The notes beneath the pieces were generated by a model. The model worked only from the letters and a program-made list of their open reading frames with translations. It made no database searches and was not told the DNA's origin. Both the position numbers and the translations under genes were made by a program. From positions 4,128,001-4,192,000 of the forward strand of contig OZ242010.1 in assembly GCA_965204745.1 (NCBI GenBank): a stretch of DNA of 64,000 nucleotides. Direction: 5' to 3'. This stretch comes from Candidatus Latescibacterota bacterium. GTDB taxonomy: Bacteria > Latescibacterota > UBA2968. How positions within the stretch are numbered: the first letter of the stretch is position 1; every line of letters starts with the position of its first letter. Shown here one piece after another: positions 9,436-19,313 of the stretch.

Positions 9436-12183
9436 ATGCGAAATGGGCTTTTTGTTCTGATGATGAGTTTTTGTTTGTCCAGCGCGGTGTGGGCGCAGGC
9501 GCAACGTATATCGGTATCGGCTGATTTTGATGGCAATGGCGCGGTTGATTTCCGCGATTTCTCGAAGTTGATGAACCACTTGGGGCAGGCGGAACTCGAC
9601 CGCGGTTTTGATCCTGCGGTGGATTTGAACAACGATGCCAAGATAGATGGTGAAGATGCGTTCGTATTTGCCGATGTGTTTTCAGTCGACGCCTCCGAGG
9701 CGTTTTTGACGACCCGTGATGGGGAAAACGCCCAGGCCAAGTTGCGCCTGGATCCAGATGGCAATGGTTATTTGATCTCTTTGGAAGATACCGTTCACAT
9801 TGGTGGGTATCGCATTGTCTTTTCCATGCCCGCAGGGGTTTCCGTCAGCAAGGTACACGATCTCATAGGCATTGGGCTGTTGCCGGTGCGCCGGACAAGT
9901 GATGGCGTGGAGATCGTCGGATTGACCTTGGGCAACAAGCCCATCGCGCATTCGGGGTTGATCGCAAAAGTGACCTTCAAGGGCGATATAACGGGTATTG
10001 ACATTGAATCCGCGCATTTGCGCGGCACTCGGTACAAACAGCTCAACCACGAATACATCGGCGAGCGCAATGAAATCGCGAGCGGCGACATCAGCAAGGT
10101 GATCGCGCTTGGAGATGTGGAGGTTTCGCACCGAATTTTCGATTTCGGCCATCTCGCACTTGGCGAAGCAGTCTCGGACACCTTTTCGATTAAGAATACA
10201 TTTGATACGCAACAAGTGCCGCCCGGCACGACGCGCAAACTCTCATTTGAGTTGACGACATCGGGGCAGGAAATAGCCGTTTCCCCCCGAAGCGTAGGGG
10301 TGCTGACCGACTCGACCAAGGGCCTGAGTGCGGGCAGGATGCAAACGATTAAGTTGACTGTCACCCCCATGCAACCGGGGGGTTTTTCGGGTTATGTCGA
10401 CGTGAAGACCAATCGGAAAGAACGCGAAATTATCCGCATACACGTTATGGCGCGCGTGCGGGAGGGCGATGAAGCATTGACGCGCGTTATCGCGGATTTT
10501 GATACCAATGGCACGGTGGATTACGGCGATTTTGACCAGTTGATCACGCGGTTCGGGCAAACGCTCAGGTCGAGCAAGTACGATTTGGACCGCGATGGGG
10601 TTGTGGATGCAGACGACGCTTTTCTGCTCGCCGATGTGCTCGGCGGCGGGGTTGGCCTCGCGTATCTCGACTGGGTAGATGTGATTTCCGGCATCAATGG
10701 GCACGCGGCTGTGCGGGTGCAGGGCGAGGGCGAGGAGTTGAAAATTTTTGCGCGCGAACTCGAGCGATTGGGCGGGTATCGGATCGTTTTGAAGTACAAT
10801 CCGAATGATGTGGATTTGCGCTGGGCGCGGGATCGCACGGGCGGCGGGATCTTGCCCATTCACAAAACGAGCACCGGCGCGGAAATTGTGGGGATGGGAT
10901 TTGGCGCGTTGGTAAATACCCCCGATTATTTGGATCTGGCTGAAATCAGTGTGCGGCCCCTCAAAGGGCAATCCAATGTGCAATCCCTAATTTCGATAGG
11001 CGATGTGACCTTGCGCGGCAGTCGCGGAGAACGCGATTCTATCGAGGCAGAGCGCATTGGGGCGAACGGCCTTGACGCCATTCCCCGGGCAATTGATTTT
11101 GGCACGCTGCGCCAGGGCACGACTGTGGAAGACACTGTGCATGTTTTTAATATGAGCGATGAGAAGGCCGGTTTTATGGCTGTTTCGTCAGACTCGACAG
11201 TGCTGACAAACAGACCGCGTGCAGTCGGCCATTTGAACCCCGGCCGCGGGTGGGCTGTGCGCGTGACTTATACGGCGACTGGGATTGGCCCGTTTTCTGG
11301 CACCCTGACGATTGCCTCGAATACCGACGACCCGACGCCCGTTGTGGTGCAAATTCGGGCTTCTGTGACGGGCATCGTCCGGGCCATGCCCGATTCGCTC
11401 GCGTTTGGCGAGGTTCTGTTGGGACAAAGCGATTCTCTGTCCGTGCGCGTGACCAATCCCAATGCGGATGCCCTGCGGATCAGCGCGATTGATTTTGCGC
11501 GTTCCGATAGCAATTTTGTAACCGATGTGGCATTGCCCCTCACTGTTGCAGGGCGCGATAGCGCGGCGATAGGGGTGCGCTTCAATCCGCGCCTGCGGGG
11601 TATGATTCGCGATACGTTGCGAATCGCTACCGGGGATACGACGTTCTCGATTCCACTTTCCGGGCGCGGCACTCAATCGCTGCCCAGGGTGGATTACGAC
11701 GAGCTCGATTTCGGAACGGTCAGGCAGGGCAGAGACAGCTTGCAAACCGTGACGGTTTCCAACGATGGGAATATCGCGCTAATCATTTCTAACGTGATGG
11801 TGACGGGCGATGGATTCGCGCTCGCATCTGCGGCCGAATTGCCCGATATAGCGTTGCCCGATACGCTGAACGCGGGAGACACGCACGCCATTCGCGTTCG
11901 ATTCGCGCCGGATATGGCGGGCGATCACCAAGGCACGTTGCGGATTTTGCTGATGTCCGAAACGCTCGAAATTGGCTTGTCTGGCACGGGTCGCGTTTCC
12001 AATCCCGATTTTGATGGCGATGGGGAAGTTGACTTCGACGATTTTATTTTGTTTGCAAGGGCGTTTGGCACGTCATCGAATGATGAACAATTCGATCCGC
12101 GCTACGATCTCGATGGCGATGGGGAAGTCGGCTTTGCCGATTTTATCGCCTTTGCCGAGAAATTCGGGCAACGGGTCGGGTAA
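9436..12183 (+). CDS. Secreted scaffold-like protein: (dockerin-like + cohesin-like + ASH/Ig) x2, further ASH/Ig domains, C-terminal dockerin-like domain
   Basis: Signal peptide ending VWA/QAQ; GGAGG RBS; three paired DFDG.G.VDF.DF EF-hand units; GGYRIV(F/L) segments; DFG...VTVSN.G repeats. Confidence 0.8.
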   Translation: MRNGLFVLMMSFCLSSAVWAQAQRISVSADFDGNGAVDFRDFSKLMNHLGQAELDRGFDPAVDLNNDAKIDGEDAFVFADVFSVDASEAFLTTRDGENAQAKLRLDPDGNGYLISLEDTVHIGGYRIVFSMPAGVSVSKVHDLIGIGLLPVRRTSDGVEIVGLTLGNKPIAHSGLIAKVTFKGDITGIDIESAHLRGTRYKQLNHEYIGERNEIASGDISKVIALGDVEVSHRIFDFGHLALGEAVSDTFSIKNTFDTQQVPPGTTRKLSFELTTSGQEIAVSPRSVGVLTDSTKGLSAGRMQTIKLTVTPMQPGGFSGYVDVKTNRKEREIIRIHVMARVREGDEALTRVIADFDTNGTVDYGDFDQLITRFGQTLRSSKYDLDRDGVVDADDAFLLADVLGGGVGLAYLDWVDVISGINGHAAVRVQGEGEELKIFARELERLGGYRIVLKYNPNDVDLRWARDRTGGGILPIHKTSTGAEIVGMGFGALVNTPDYLDLAEISVRPLKGQSNVQSLISIGDVTLRGSRGERDSIEAERIGANGLDAIPRAIDFGTLRQGTTVEDTVHVFNMSDEKAGFMAVSSDSTVLTNRPRAVGHLNPGRGWAVRVTYTATGIGPFSGTLTIASNTDDPTPVVVQIRASVTGIVRAMPDSLAFGEVLLGQSDSLSVRVTNPNADALRISAIDFARSDSNFVTDVALPLTVAGRDSAAIGVRFNPRLRGMIRDTLRIATGDTTFSIPLSGRGTQSLPRVDYDELDFGTVRQGRDSLQTVTVSNDGNIALIISNVMVTGDGFALASAAELPDIALPDTLNAGDTHAIRVRFAPDMAGDHQGTLRILLMSETLEIGLSGTGRVSNPDFDGDGEVDFDDFILFARAFGTSSNDEQFDPRYDLDGDGEVGFADFIAFAEKFGQRVG

Positions 12184-12351
12184 GGCGCGAAATACAACCG
12201 CATAAGAACACATGAGAATGTAGGGCCGTGGCCCCTGTGTCCGGCCAAAAGTACGAGAAGCGAAGGTTAAGCGGTCTGCCCTACTCTTGTCTCGCGTTTC
12301 CGGCGGGTTTTTTTTGGGCAGACGCGCTTTGTTTTTTGGGGGCATCTTACA

Positions 12352-14424
12352 ATGGGCGATAAGACGCTGGCGATAGATATCGGGGGCACGTTCACGGATG
12401 TGGTGTTGCGGGATCGGGCTTCGGGGGCGTTGTCCGTGGCAAAGGTGTTGACGCGCTATCCCGATCCGTCCGTGGGTGTGTTGGAGGGCGCAAAAAAGGT
12501 GCTCAAGGATGTGTCGCCCGATGAGATTTCCCGAGCGGTTCACGGTACGACGCTGGTGACAAACGCGCTGATCGAGCGCAGGGGCGCGAAGACCGGGTTG
12601 ATTACCACAGCGGGTTTTCGAGACGCGCTGGAAATTGGGCGCGAGGGTCGCTACGATATTTACGATTTGTTCCTCAAATTGCCCGAACCCTTGGTTGAAC
12701 GGCGGTTGCGCTTGGAGGTGCGCGAGCGGGTGTACGCGCGTGGCGACGTGATGTTGCCGCTGAATGAGGAAGATGTGGTCAAGGCGTGCGACGGGTTGCG
12801 CGAGGCCGAGGTGCGTGCAGTTGCCATTGTGTTTTTGCACGCTTATGTCAATCCCGACCACGAGCGGCGCGCCGCAGAAATTGTGCGCCGCGAGTTGCCG
12901 GAGGTGGCGATTTCGGTTTCGCACAGGGTCGCCGCCGAGTTGCGGGAATTTGAGCGCGCCTCCACCACTGTGGCAAATGCGTACGTGCAACCCTTGGTAG
13001 AGAAATACCTGTCGCGCTTGGCGCGGGGATTAAAAGCCCTCGGCATTGCGGCACCGTTGCACATTATGCTCTCAAACGGCGGGTCGTGTTCCGTGCAAAT
13101 AGCTGCGGAGTTTCCGGCGCGCCTCGTAGAGTCTGGGCCGTGCGGGGGCGCGCTCGCTGCGGCGCATTGCGGGAATCGGGCCGGGTATCAACGGGTGCTC
13201 GCATTTGACATGGGAGGCACAACGGCAAAGGCCATTTTGAGCGACAAGGGCGCGTTTCCCATTACGACCGAGTCCGAGGTGGCGCGGGTGTACCGGTTCA
13301 AGCGCGGCAGTGGCTTGCCCTTGCTCATGCCGGTGCTCGACATGATAGAAATCGGCGCGGGCGGGGGTAGCATCGCGCATGCGAGTGAACTCGGCCTGCC
13401 CGCGGTGGGGCCCGAGAGCGCGGGGGCAGAGCCCGGCCCGGCGTGTTATGCCCGCGGGGGACGCTTGCCCACGGTGACGGATGCGGATATCTTGCTCGGG
13501 TATTTGAATGCCGAATATTTTTTGGGCGGGCAGATGGCGTTGGATGTGGATCGGGCCGCGCAGGCAGTTGATGAATTTGCCCAATCCGCAGGACTAAATC
13601 GCATGCGCGCCGCACAGGGCATTTGCGAACTCGTAAATGAAAACATGGCGAATGCCGCGCGCGTCCACGCCGCAGAGCGCGGGGTCGATCTGACGGGATA
13701 CGCACTCGTCGCCACCGGGGGCGCAGGGCCCGTTCACGCCTGTGGCGTTGCGACTCGCTTGGGCATTGACCGGGTGATCGTGCCGCCGGCAGCGGGCGTG
13801 GGGTCCGCGTGTGGCTTGATGCTCGCGCCCATTGCGTTTGATTATGTGCGGAGTTTTGTGTCGCGCATCGAGGGATTGGATTTCGATATCGTGAACGCGC
13901 TCTACGTGGAGATGGAAACCGAGGGTCGCGCGTTGATGCGAGAAGCAGGAGTGGCGGAATCCGAGATCAGCATCGTGCGAACAGCGGATACGCGCTATGT
14001 GGGACAGGGCCATGAGATCAGCGTGCCCGTGCCTTTGGGCACACTCACGGAAGAATCCGATGCGATGCTCCAAAAGGCGTTTGATGCGTCCTATCGCAAA
14101 ATATACGGACGGATATGCGAGGGCGTGCCGGTTGAAGCCATCCATTGGCGCGTGACGGTTTCGGGGGCGAAACCCGAGATTTGCGATCCCCGGCCCGAAA
14201 GAGAACCCGATGTTGGGCATCTGTCTGTGGAACGGCGAAAAGTGCTTTTTGATCAACGCGAACGAGAAGTTGCGGTTCACAAGCGGCAAACCCTTGCGGG
14301 AGGCATGGTTTTGCCAGGGCCTGTGATTGTCGAAGAAGTCGAATCCACGACGGTTGTGCCGCCCGGTTGGGTGTTGCGCGTGGATGACATGGGCAATCTC
14401 ATTCTCGGCAGGGAGGGCACATGA
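12352..14424 (+). CDS. Hydantoinase A/oxoprolinase family subunit
   Basis: DIGGTFTD, HGTTLVTNA, FDMGGTT, EIGAGGGS. Confidence 0.93.
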   Translation: MGDKTLAIDIGGTFTDVVLRDRASGALSVAKVLTRYPDPSVGVLEGAKKVLKDVSPDEISRAVHGTTLVTNALIERRGAKTGLITTAGFRDALEIGREGRYDIYDLFLKLPEPLVERRLRLEVRERVYARGDVMLPLNEEDVVKACDGLREAEVRAVAIVFLHAYVNPDHERRAAEIVRRELPEVAISVSHRVAAELREFERASTTVANAYVQPLVEKYLSRLARGLKALGIAAPLHIMLSNGGSCSVQIAAEFPARLVESGPCGGALAAAHCGNRAGYQRVLAFDMGGTTAKAILSDKGAFPITTESEVARVYRFKRGSGLPLLMPVLDMIEIGAGGGSIAHASELGLPAVGPESAGAEPGPACYARGGRLPTVTDADILLGYLNAEYFLGGQMALDVDRAAQAVDEFAQSAGLNRMRAAQGICELVNENMANAARVHAAERGVDLTGYALVATGGAGPVHACGVATRLGIDRVIVPPAAGVGSACGLMLAPIAFDYVRSFVSRIEGLDFDIVNALYVEMETEGRALMREAGVAESEISIVRTADTRYVGQGHEISVPVPLGTLTEESDAMLQKAFDASYRKIYGRICEGVPVEAIHWRVTVSGAKPEICDPRPEREPDVGHLSVERRKVLFDQREREVAVHKRQTLAGGMVLPGPVIVEEVESTTVVPPGWVLRVDDMGNLILGREGT

Positions 14425-16163
14425 GCGGACGTGCGATTGATGCGGTTGAATTGGAAGTCCTGTGGAACAGGCTCATCTCCATTGTCAATGAACAAGCCGC
14501 GGCTTTGATGCACGCTTCTTTTACCACAGTGGTGCGCGAGGCCGGGGACTTGTCTGCCGGGGTGTTTGACCGCGCGGGCAACATGTTGGCCCAAGCCGTG
14601 ACCGGAACGCCTGGGCACATCAATACGATGGCGAATTGCGTGCGGCACTTTGTCAAACAACATCCGATTGATACGCTGAAGCCGGGGGATAGTTTGCTGA
14701 CCAATGACCCGTGGCTGGGATCCGGGCACTTGCACGATATCACCGTGGTCACGCCGGTTTTTTATCGGGGCAAGGGCGTGGGGTGGTTTGCCAATACCTG
14801 TCATGCGATGGATATCGGCGGGCGCACCTTGGGCGCGGGCGCGCGGCAGGTGTACGAGGAGGGGTTGAATATCCCGATTATGAAGTTGTTCCGCGGAGGT
14901 GCGATCAACCGGGATTTGATCGCGATTGTGCGGGCGAATGTGCGCGTGCCGGATCAGGTCGTTGGCGATCTGTACGCGCAACAGGCCGGCAATGACGTGG
15001 GCGCGGTCAAGCTGATTCAGGCACTTGGGGATTACGATCTCGCGGATTTAGAGGAGCTGTCGGCGCGAATTTTGGACCGCTCGGAAGCGGCGACCCGTGC
15101 GGCCATAGCGGAAATCGCAAATGGCGTTTATGAAGACGAGGTGGCACTCGACGGGTACGACGCGCCGCTCATTATCCGCGCAAAAATCACGGTGGAGGAC
15201 GACAGCCTGATCGTGGATTACGCGGGCACGTCGCCCCAAGTGGGACGCGGGATCAATGTGGTGTACAATTACACGCACGCCTATACGACCTATCCCCTCA
15301 AATGCGCGATCAGCCCGCACATTCCCAACAACGAGGGCAGTTTTCGGCCCATCGCGGTCACCGCGCCGGAGGGGTGTATCCTAAACGCGCAATTCCCATG
15401 CGCGGTGGGCGCGCGGCACTTGGTCGGGCACTTTCTGTCGCAACCCCTGTTTGGCGCGCTGGCTCAGGCGATTCCGGACCGCGTGATCGCCGATGGATCG
15501 GCCGGGCTTTGGAACACGCAGTTGGAGGGCATCGACCGCCAGGGCGAACGCTTTGCGTACATCTTTTTTTCCGCAGGGGGCATGGGCGCGCGGCCCAATG
15601 ACGATGGCATTTCCGCGACTGCGTTCCCCAGCGGGATCAGGGGCGTGCCCGCCGAGGCGATTGAGTCTGTTTCGCCGGTGATCATGCACAAGCGCGCTCT
15701 GATTCCCGATTCGGGCGGCGCGGGCGCGTTTCGCGGGGGCTTGGGGCAAGAGATGGTTTTGTCGGTCGATTCCGATCATCCCGCGCTGCATTCGTGCATG
15801 TACGACCGCACGCACTACGCACCGCGCGGCTTTTTGGGCGGGCGCGACGGGATGTGCGGAGAACTCTTTTTGTCGGATGGCTCACGCCTGCCGCCCAAGG
15901 GGCGTTACGAACTCCAACCCGGGCAATGCGTGACCCTGCGTATCCCGGGCGGCGGCGGCTATGGCTCGCCCTTTGAACGCGATCCACAAAAGGTGCTAAA
16001 AGACGTCAACCAAGGCCGCGTGTCCCAAGCGGTTGCGCGCACGGATTACGGCGTGGCGATCTCGGCAGATGGACAGGTGGATGCCGAAGCCACAGAGCGG
16101 TTGCGAAAAAAGCAACCACCTAAGAACAAGGCAAAGAGGCAAGAGGTAAGACGGGAGAGGTGA
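14421..16163 (+). CDS. Hydantoinase B/oxoprolinase family subunit
   Basis: NDPWLGSGHLHD, DSGGAGAFRGG, PGGGGYG; ATGA overlap with upstream gene. Confidence 0.93.
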   Translation: MSGRAIDAVELEVLWNRLISIVNEQAAALMHASFTTVVREAGDLSAGVFDRAGNMLAQAVTGTPGHINTMANCVRHFVKQHPIDTLKPGDSLLTNDPWLGSGHLHDITVVTPVFYRGKGVGWFANTCHAMDIGGRTLGAGARQVYEEGLNIPIMKLFRGGAINRDLIAIVRANVRVPDQVVGDLYAQQAGNDVGAVKLIQALGDYDLADLEELSARILDRSEAATRAAIAEIANGVYEDEVALDGYDAPLIIRAKITVEDDSLIVDYAGTSPQVGRGINVVYNYTHAYTTYPLKCAISPHIPNNEGSFRPIAVTAPEGCILNAQFPCAVGARHLVGHFLSQPLFGALAQAIPDRVIADGSAGLWNTQLEGIDRQGERFAYIFFSAGGMGARPNDDGISATAFPSGIRGVPAEAIESVSPVIMHKRALIPDSGGAGAFRGGLGQEMVLSVDSDHPALHSCMYDRTHYAPRGFLGGRDGMCGELFLSDGSRLPPKGRYELQPGQCVTLRIPGGGGYGSPFERDPQKVLKDVNQGRVSQAVARTDYGVAISADGQVDAEATERLRKKQPPKNKAKRQEVRRER

Positions 16164-16280
16164 GACCGCTCCGCCACCCGTAGGAACAGGCCCCTGTGCC
16201 TGTCCTCAGTCAGTGGTCAGTCCGCCCAACCCCCTTCGTAAGGGCGTTGCCCCCGTGCTCGCCTTTTGTGTTTTTGTGCT

Positions 16281-16316
16281 TTTGAACTGGCTGTCGCCAG
16301 TTGTACCCCGCTCGTG
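16281..16316. repeat. 36-bp dispersed hairpin repeat (copies 21681..21716, 36535..36570, 36582..36617)
   Basis: TTTGAACTGGCTGTCGCCAGTTGTACCCCGCTCGTG. Confidence 0.85.
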
Positions 16317-16363
16317 GCTAAACTTCCATCTTACGTCTCACTTGCGGAAGGGCGGTGCGGGGA

Positions 16364-16400
16364 CTGACAACTGACAACTGACAACTGACAACTGACAACT
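16364..16400. repeat. Heptamer tandem repeat (CTGACAA)n
   Basis: About 5 copies; same family as arrays at 43781..43807 and 44992..45036. Confidence 0.9.
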
Positions 16401-16465
16401 TGGGGTGGCTGGGCGGCCCTCTCCCGTCTTCCCTCTAACGTCTCACTTTTTTTAGGAGTTATTCG

Positions 16466-17365
16466 ATGGACAAAATTGGATTTGTCGGGCTGGGAATTAT
16501 GGGCAAGCCGATGTGTCACAACTTGCTGAAGGCCGGGTTTGACGTGACATTTTATGCGCGAAAAGCCGATGTTGTAACCGAGATGAAACGCGCAGGGGCA
16601 ACTTACGCGCCGTCGTCGCGGGCCGTGGGCGAGGCAACGGATATCGTCATTACGATAGTGACGGCCGATCCCGAAGTGCGCGAGGTCATTTTGGGGAAAG
16701 AGGGCGTTTTGGAGGGGGTGTCCGAAGGCGATCTGATTGTGGATATGAGCACGATTTCCCCCCTGACCATTCGGGAGGTGGCAGTGCGTGCCGCGCAAAA
16801 AGGGGTTCGCGTGATGGACGCGCCGGTCAGCGGCGGGGATATCGGGGCGATCAACGGTACGCTGACCATTATCGCGGGTGGGGAACGGGTGGATTTTGAT
16901 CGCTGTGAGGGTCTGTTTGACGCGATGGGCAATAGCGACAATGTGTTTCACGTAGGCGCTGTCGGCGTGGGGCAAACCGTGAAGATCGTCAATCAGTTGC
17001 TCGGCGGCATCGCGATGGTGGCGATTTCCGAAGCCCTCACTTTGGGCATTAAAGCAGGCGCGGATCCGGACGTGATGCGGCAGGTGATCGGCGTGAGTTC
17101 GGGCAATTCATCAACTTTTCAGTCGCGCGTTGCAGACTTTTTGCTCAAGGGCCAGTTCGCGCCGGGGTTTATGCTCGATTTGATGAAAAAGGACGTCGGC
17201 ATCGGCGTGGAGATGGGACGCGCCCTGAACGTGCCCGTGCCTTTGGGCGCTGTGGCCTATCAATTGTACGCTGCGGCGAGCAACTCGGGCGCGGGCGAAC
17301 TTGATTTTTCAGCCGTGGCCAAAGCCATCGAGACCTTGTCCGGCGTTCGGATCAGCGAGGCATGA
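16466..17365 (+). CDS. Beta-hydroxyacid dehydrogenase (2-hydroxy-3-oxopropionate reductase/3-hydroxyisobutyrate DH family)
   Basis: GFVGLGIMGKPM, DAPVSGG, KIVNQ, MKKD. Confidence 0.9.
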   Translation: MDKIGFVGLGIMGKPMCHNLLKAGFDVTFYARKADVVTEMKRAGATYAPSSRAVGEATDIVITIVTADPEVREVILGKEGVLEGVSEGDLIVDMSTISPLTIREVAVRAAQKGVRVMDAPVSGGDIGAINGTLTIIAGGERVDFDRCEGLFDAMGNSDNVFHVGAVGVGQTVKIVNQLLGGIAMVAISEALTLGIKAGADPDVMRQVIGVSSGNSSTFQSRVADFLLKGQFAPGFMLDLMKKDVGIGVEMGRALNVPVPLGAVAYQLYAAASNSGAGELDFSAVAKAIETLSGVRISEA

Positions 17366-17564
17366 GAGCTATGGGCCATCCACTTTCAGCGGTCAGCCAC
17401 CTCGGCGACTTGCTTTGCTAACCGCTTGGACTGCGCGATTGGGCGGGGAATAATTAAAACTGGACAACGCGGTTTTTCTGCGTTATTTTTTGTCGAATCA
17501 AAAGATGAACGCCACCTTGCGGACTATTGGGGTTGGCAGAGAAGGGAAGTGAAGAGAGGTCGTT

Positions 17565-18551
17565 TTGCCTAAAATCACGCAGACCGTTTCAAGACTTATC
17601 CAAAGAGCACTCACCTTCGTCAAAGAAGTGATCTGGCATATTTTGTTTTTCGTTGTGGTGGTCATCGGCTTTGGATTCCTTTATACCCGATTCACCCCAA
17701 CGGGTCACGGCATTGGGCAAAATCTCAAGCCTCTTTCCGACATTACACTTTTCACAGGCATATACTTTAGTATTATCACGATCTCTTCTTTGGGGTACGG
17801 CGACATGCATCCGATGGGCTTTTCTAAGGCCCTCATTTGCGTCGAAGTTCTCCTGGGACTGGGAGTGATAGGTAGCATGATCGCCAAAGTAACTTCGCGC
17901 CGCCTGTCATACCATGTTTCGCGTCTCTTCAGTTTTGATGCCCAAAAACGACTTGAAGATTTCGCCACGCAATTCGATACCGTTCGGGGAGATCTCGATG
18001 CAATTATGCAGAAACTTACGACAGCTTATCAGAGTACGCCCCGTCAGATACCTCCGCCTGCCGAGGATAAGAGGGCATTGATCTCAGACTTCCAAAAAAT
18101 TATCAGTGATTTAAAATTAAAATGTATCGAGTTGCGAGATTATTTTTTGGACGAGATTGCACAGGAAAAAAAATATTTTCAGATTGCTCCATCTAGCGCA
18201 ATGGTGCGGGTAGGTAATGCTGTTGATGACACATTTTTTTCTTTGGGTCAACTCATCACAAGCATGTCGCCACAAGCGAGAGCCGAAACACTTGATCAGC
18301 ACAATAGACAGGGAATTTCAGAGGCGATTGACTCACAGAAACAGGTGTGTAACTCGGTTGATCAAAATGCGACTGATAAGGAGACTCGAGTAGTGTTCCA
18401 GCGCATTGAGGAGACTTGCAAAGGGATTACAGCAAGCTACTTTTCAGTTCCGGAAGTTCCGGGAGAATCGCAACCGGACCAAGTTCTACAAGGTGCTGAC
18501 GAACCACAACAATTTTCAGGAGTGGACAATGAGCATACGGATTCCTCATAG
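17565..18551 (+). CDS. Two-TM potassium-channel pore domain protein with long helical C-terminus
   Basis: YFSIITISSLGYGDMHP pore/selectivity filter between two TM helices; AT-richer than flanks. Confidence 0.8.
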   Translation: MPKITQTVSRLIQRALTFVKEVIWHILFFVVVVIGFGFLYTRFTPTGHGIGQNLKPLSDITLFTGIYFSIITISSLGYGDMHPMGFSKALICVEVLLGLGVIGSMIAKVTSRRLSYHVSRLFSFDAQKRLEDFATQFDTVRGDLDAIMQKLTTAYQSTPRQIPPPAEDKRALISDFQKIISDLKLKCIELRDYFLDEIAQEKKYFQIAPSSAMVRVGNAVDDTFFSLGQLITSMSPQARAETLDQHNRQGISEAIDSQKQVCNSVDQNATDKETRVVFQRIEETCKGITASYFSVPEVPGESQPDQVLQGADEPQQFSGVDNEHTDSS

Positions 18552-18918
18552 ACACGCACAATCGCTACGCCTTAACTGGACACAGTGCTATGGCGATGTC
18601 TGGTGCAAGCTCAATTTCGTAAATTTGGACCACGAGCATTTCGACAATGAACCCCGTGGTGTTTATATCATTTGGCACGGGGGGCCAAATCCCGCGGTTG
18701 TGTACATTGGGCAAGGGAATATCAAGGAACGCATCGCTGAACACCGGAAGAATCCGGAGATACAGCAATACGAGTATCTGGATCTCTATGTAACTTGGGC
18801 AGTAGTACATGAGTATGACCGAGATGGTGTGGAAGCATATTTGGCTGATGTTTGGAAACCGATTGTCGGCACGCACCACCCCCAAGCCCCTCCCATAGAA
18901 GTAAATCCCCCGTGGTAG
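18529..18918 (+). CDS. GIY-YIG-like small nuclease
   Basis: GVYII...VVYIGQG.IKERIAEH...VEAYL; AGGAG RBS; overlaps upstream gene by 23 nt. Confidence 0.7.
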   Translation: MSIRIPHRHAQSLRLNWTQCYGDVWCKLNFVNLDHEHFDNEPRGVYIIWHGGPNPAVVYIGQGNIKERIAEHRKNPEIQQYEYLDLYVTWAVVHEYDRDGVEAYLADVWKPIVGTHHPQAPPIEVNPPW

Positions 18919-19067
18919 TTATTTTGCAAAAGCGGGATAGTCGAAACGCGTATCATTCACCTGCCGACAGAGGGACAGACGCCGGCCAAATATCTGTCCG
19001 AAGAATTTCTCATGCCGCGAAACTGACAGAGGGCCTTGCACTCAAAGACGCCCGGAGAAACAACGCC

Positions 19068-19292
19068 ATGCAATTCACGATTACCATAGATAGAGATGAG
19101 GATGGAGTTTGGGTTGCCGAATGTCCATCTATCCCGGGTTGCGTGAGCCAAGGGCAAACAAAAGAGGAAGCCCTTGCCAATATTGAGGAAGCGATCCAAC
19201 TGTGTTTGGAAGTCAGAGCCGAGCGCGGTATGCCTTTCTCAAACCGGGATTTGTCATTTCATGCTTCACTTCACTTAAACCCGTGTTTTTGA
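19068..19292 (+). CDS. hicB: HicB-family antitoxin (orphan; C-terminus probably replaced)
   Basis: DEDGVWVAECPSIPGCVSQGQTKEEALANIEEAI. Confidence 0.8.
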   Translation: MQFTITIDRDEDGVWVAECPSIPGCVSQGQTKEEALANIEEAIQLCLEVRAERGMPFSNRDLSFHASLHLNPCF

Positions 19293-19313
19293 CACACACT
19301 TCAAGGAGGAAGA

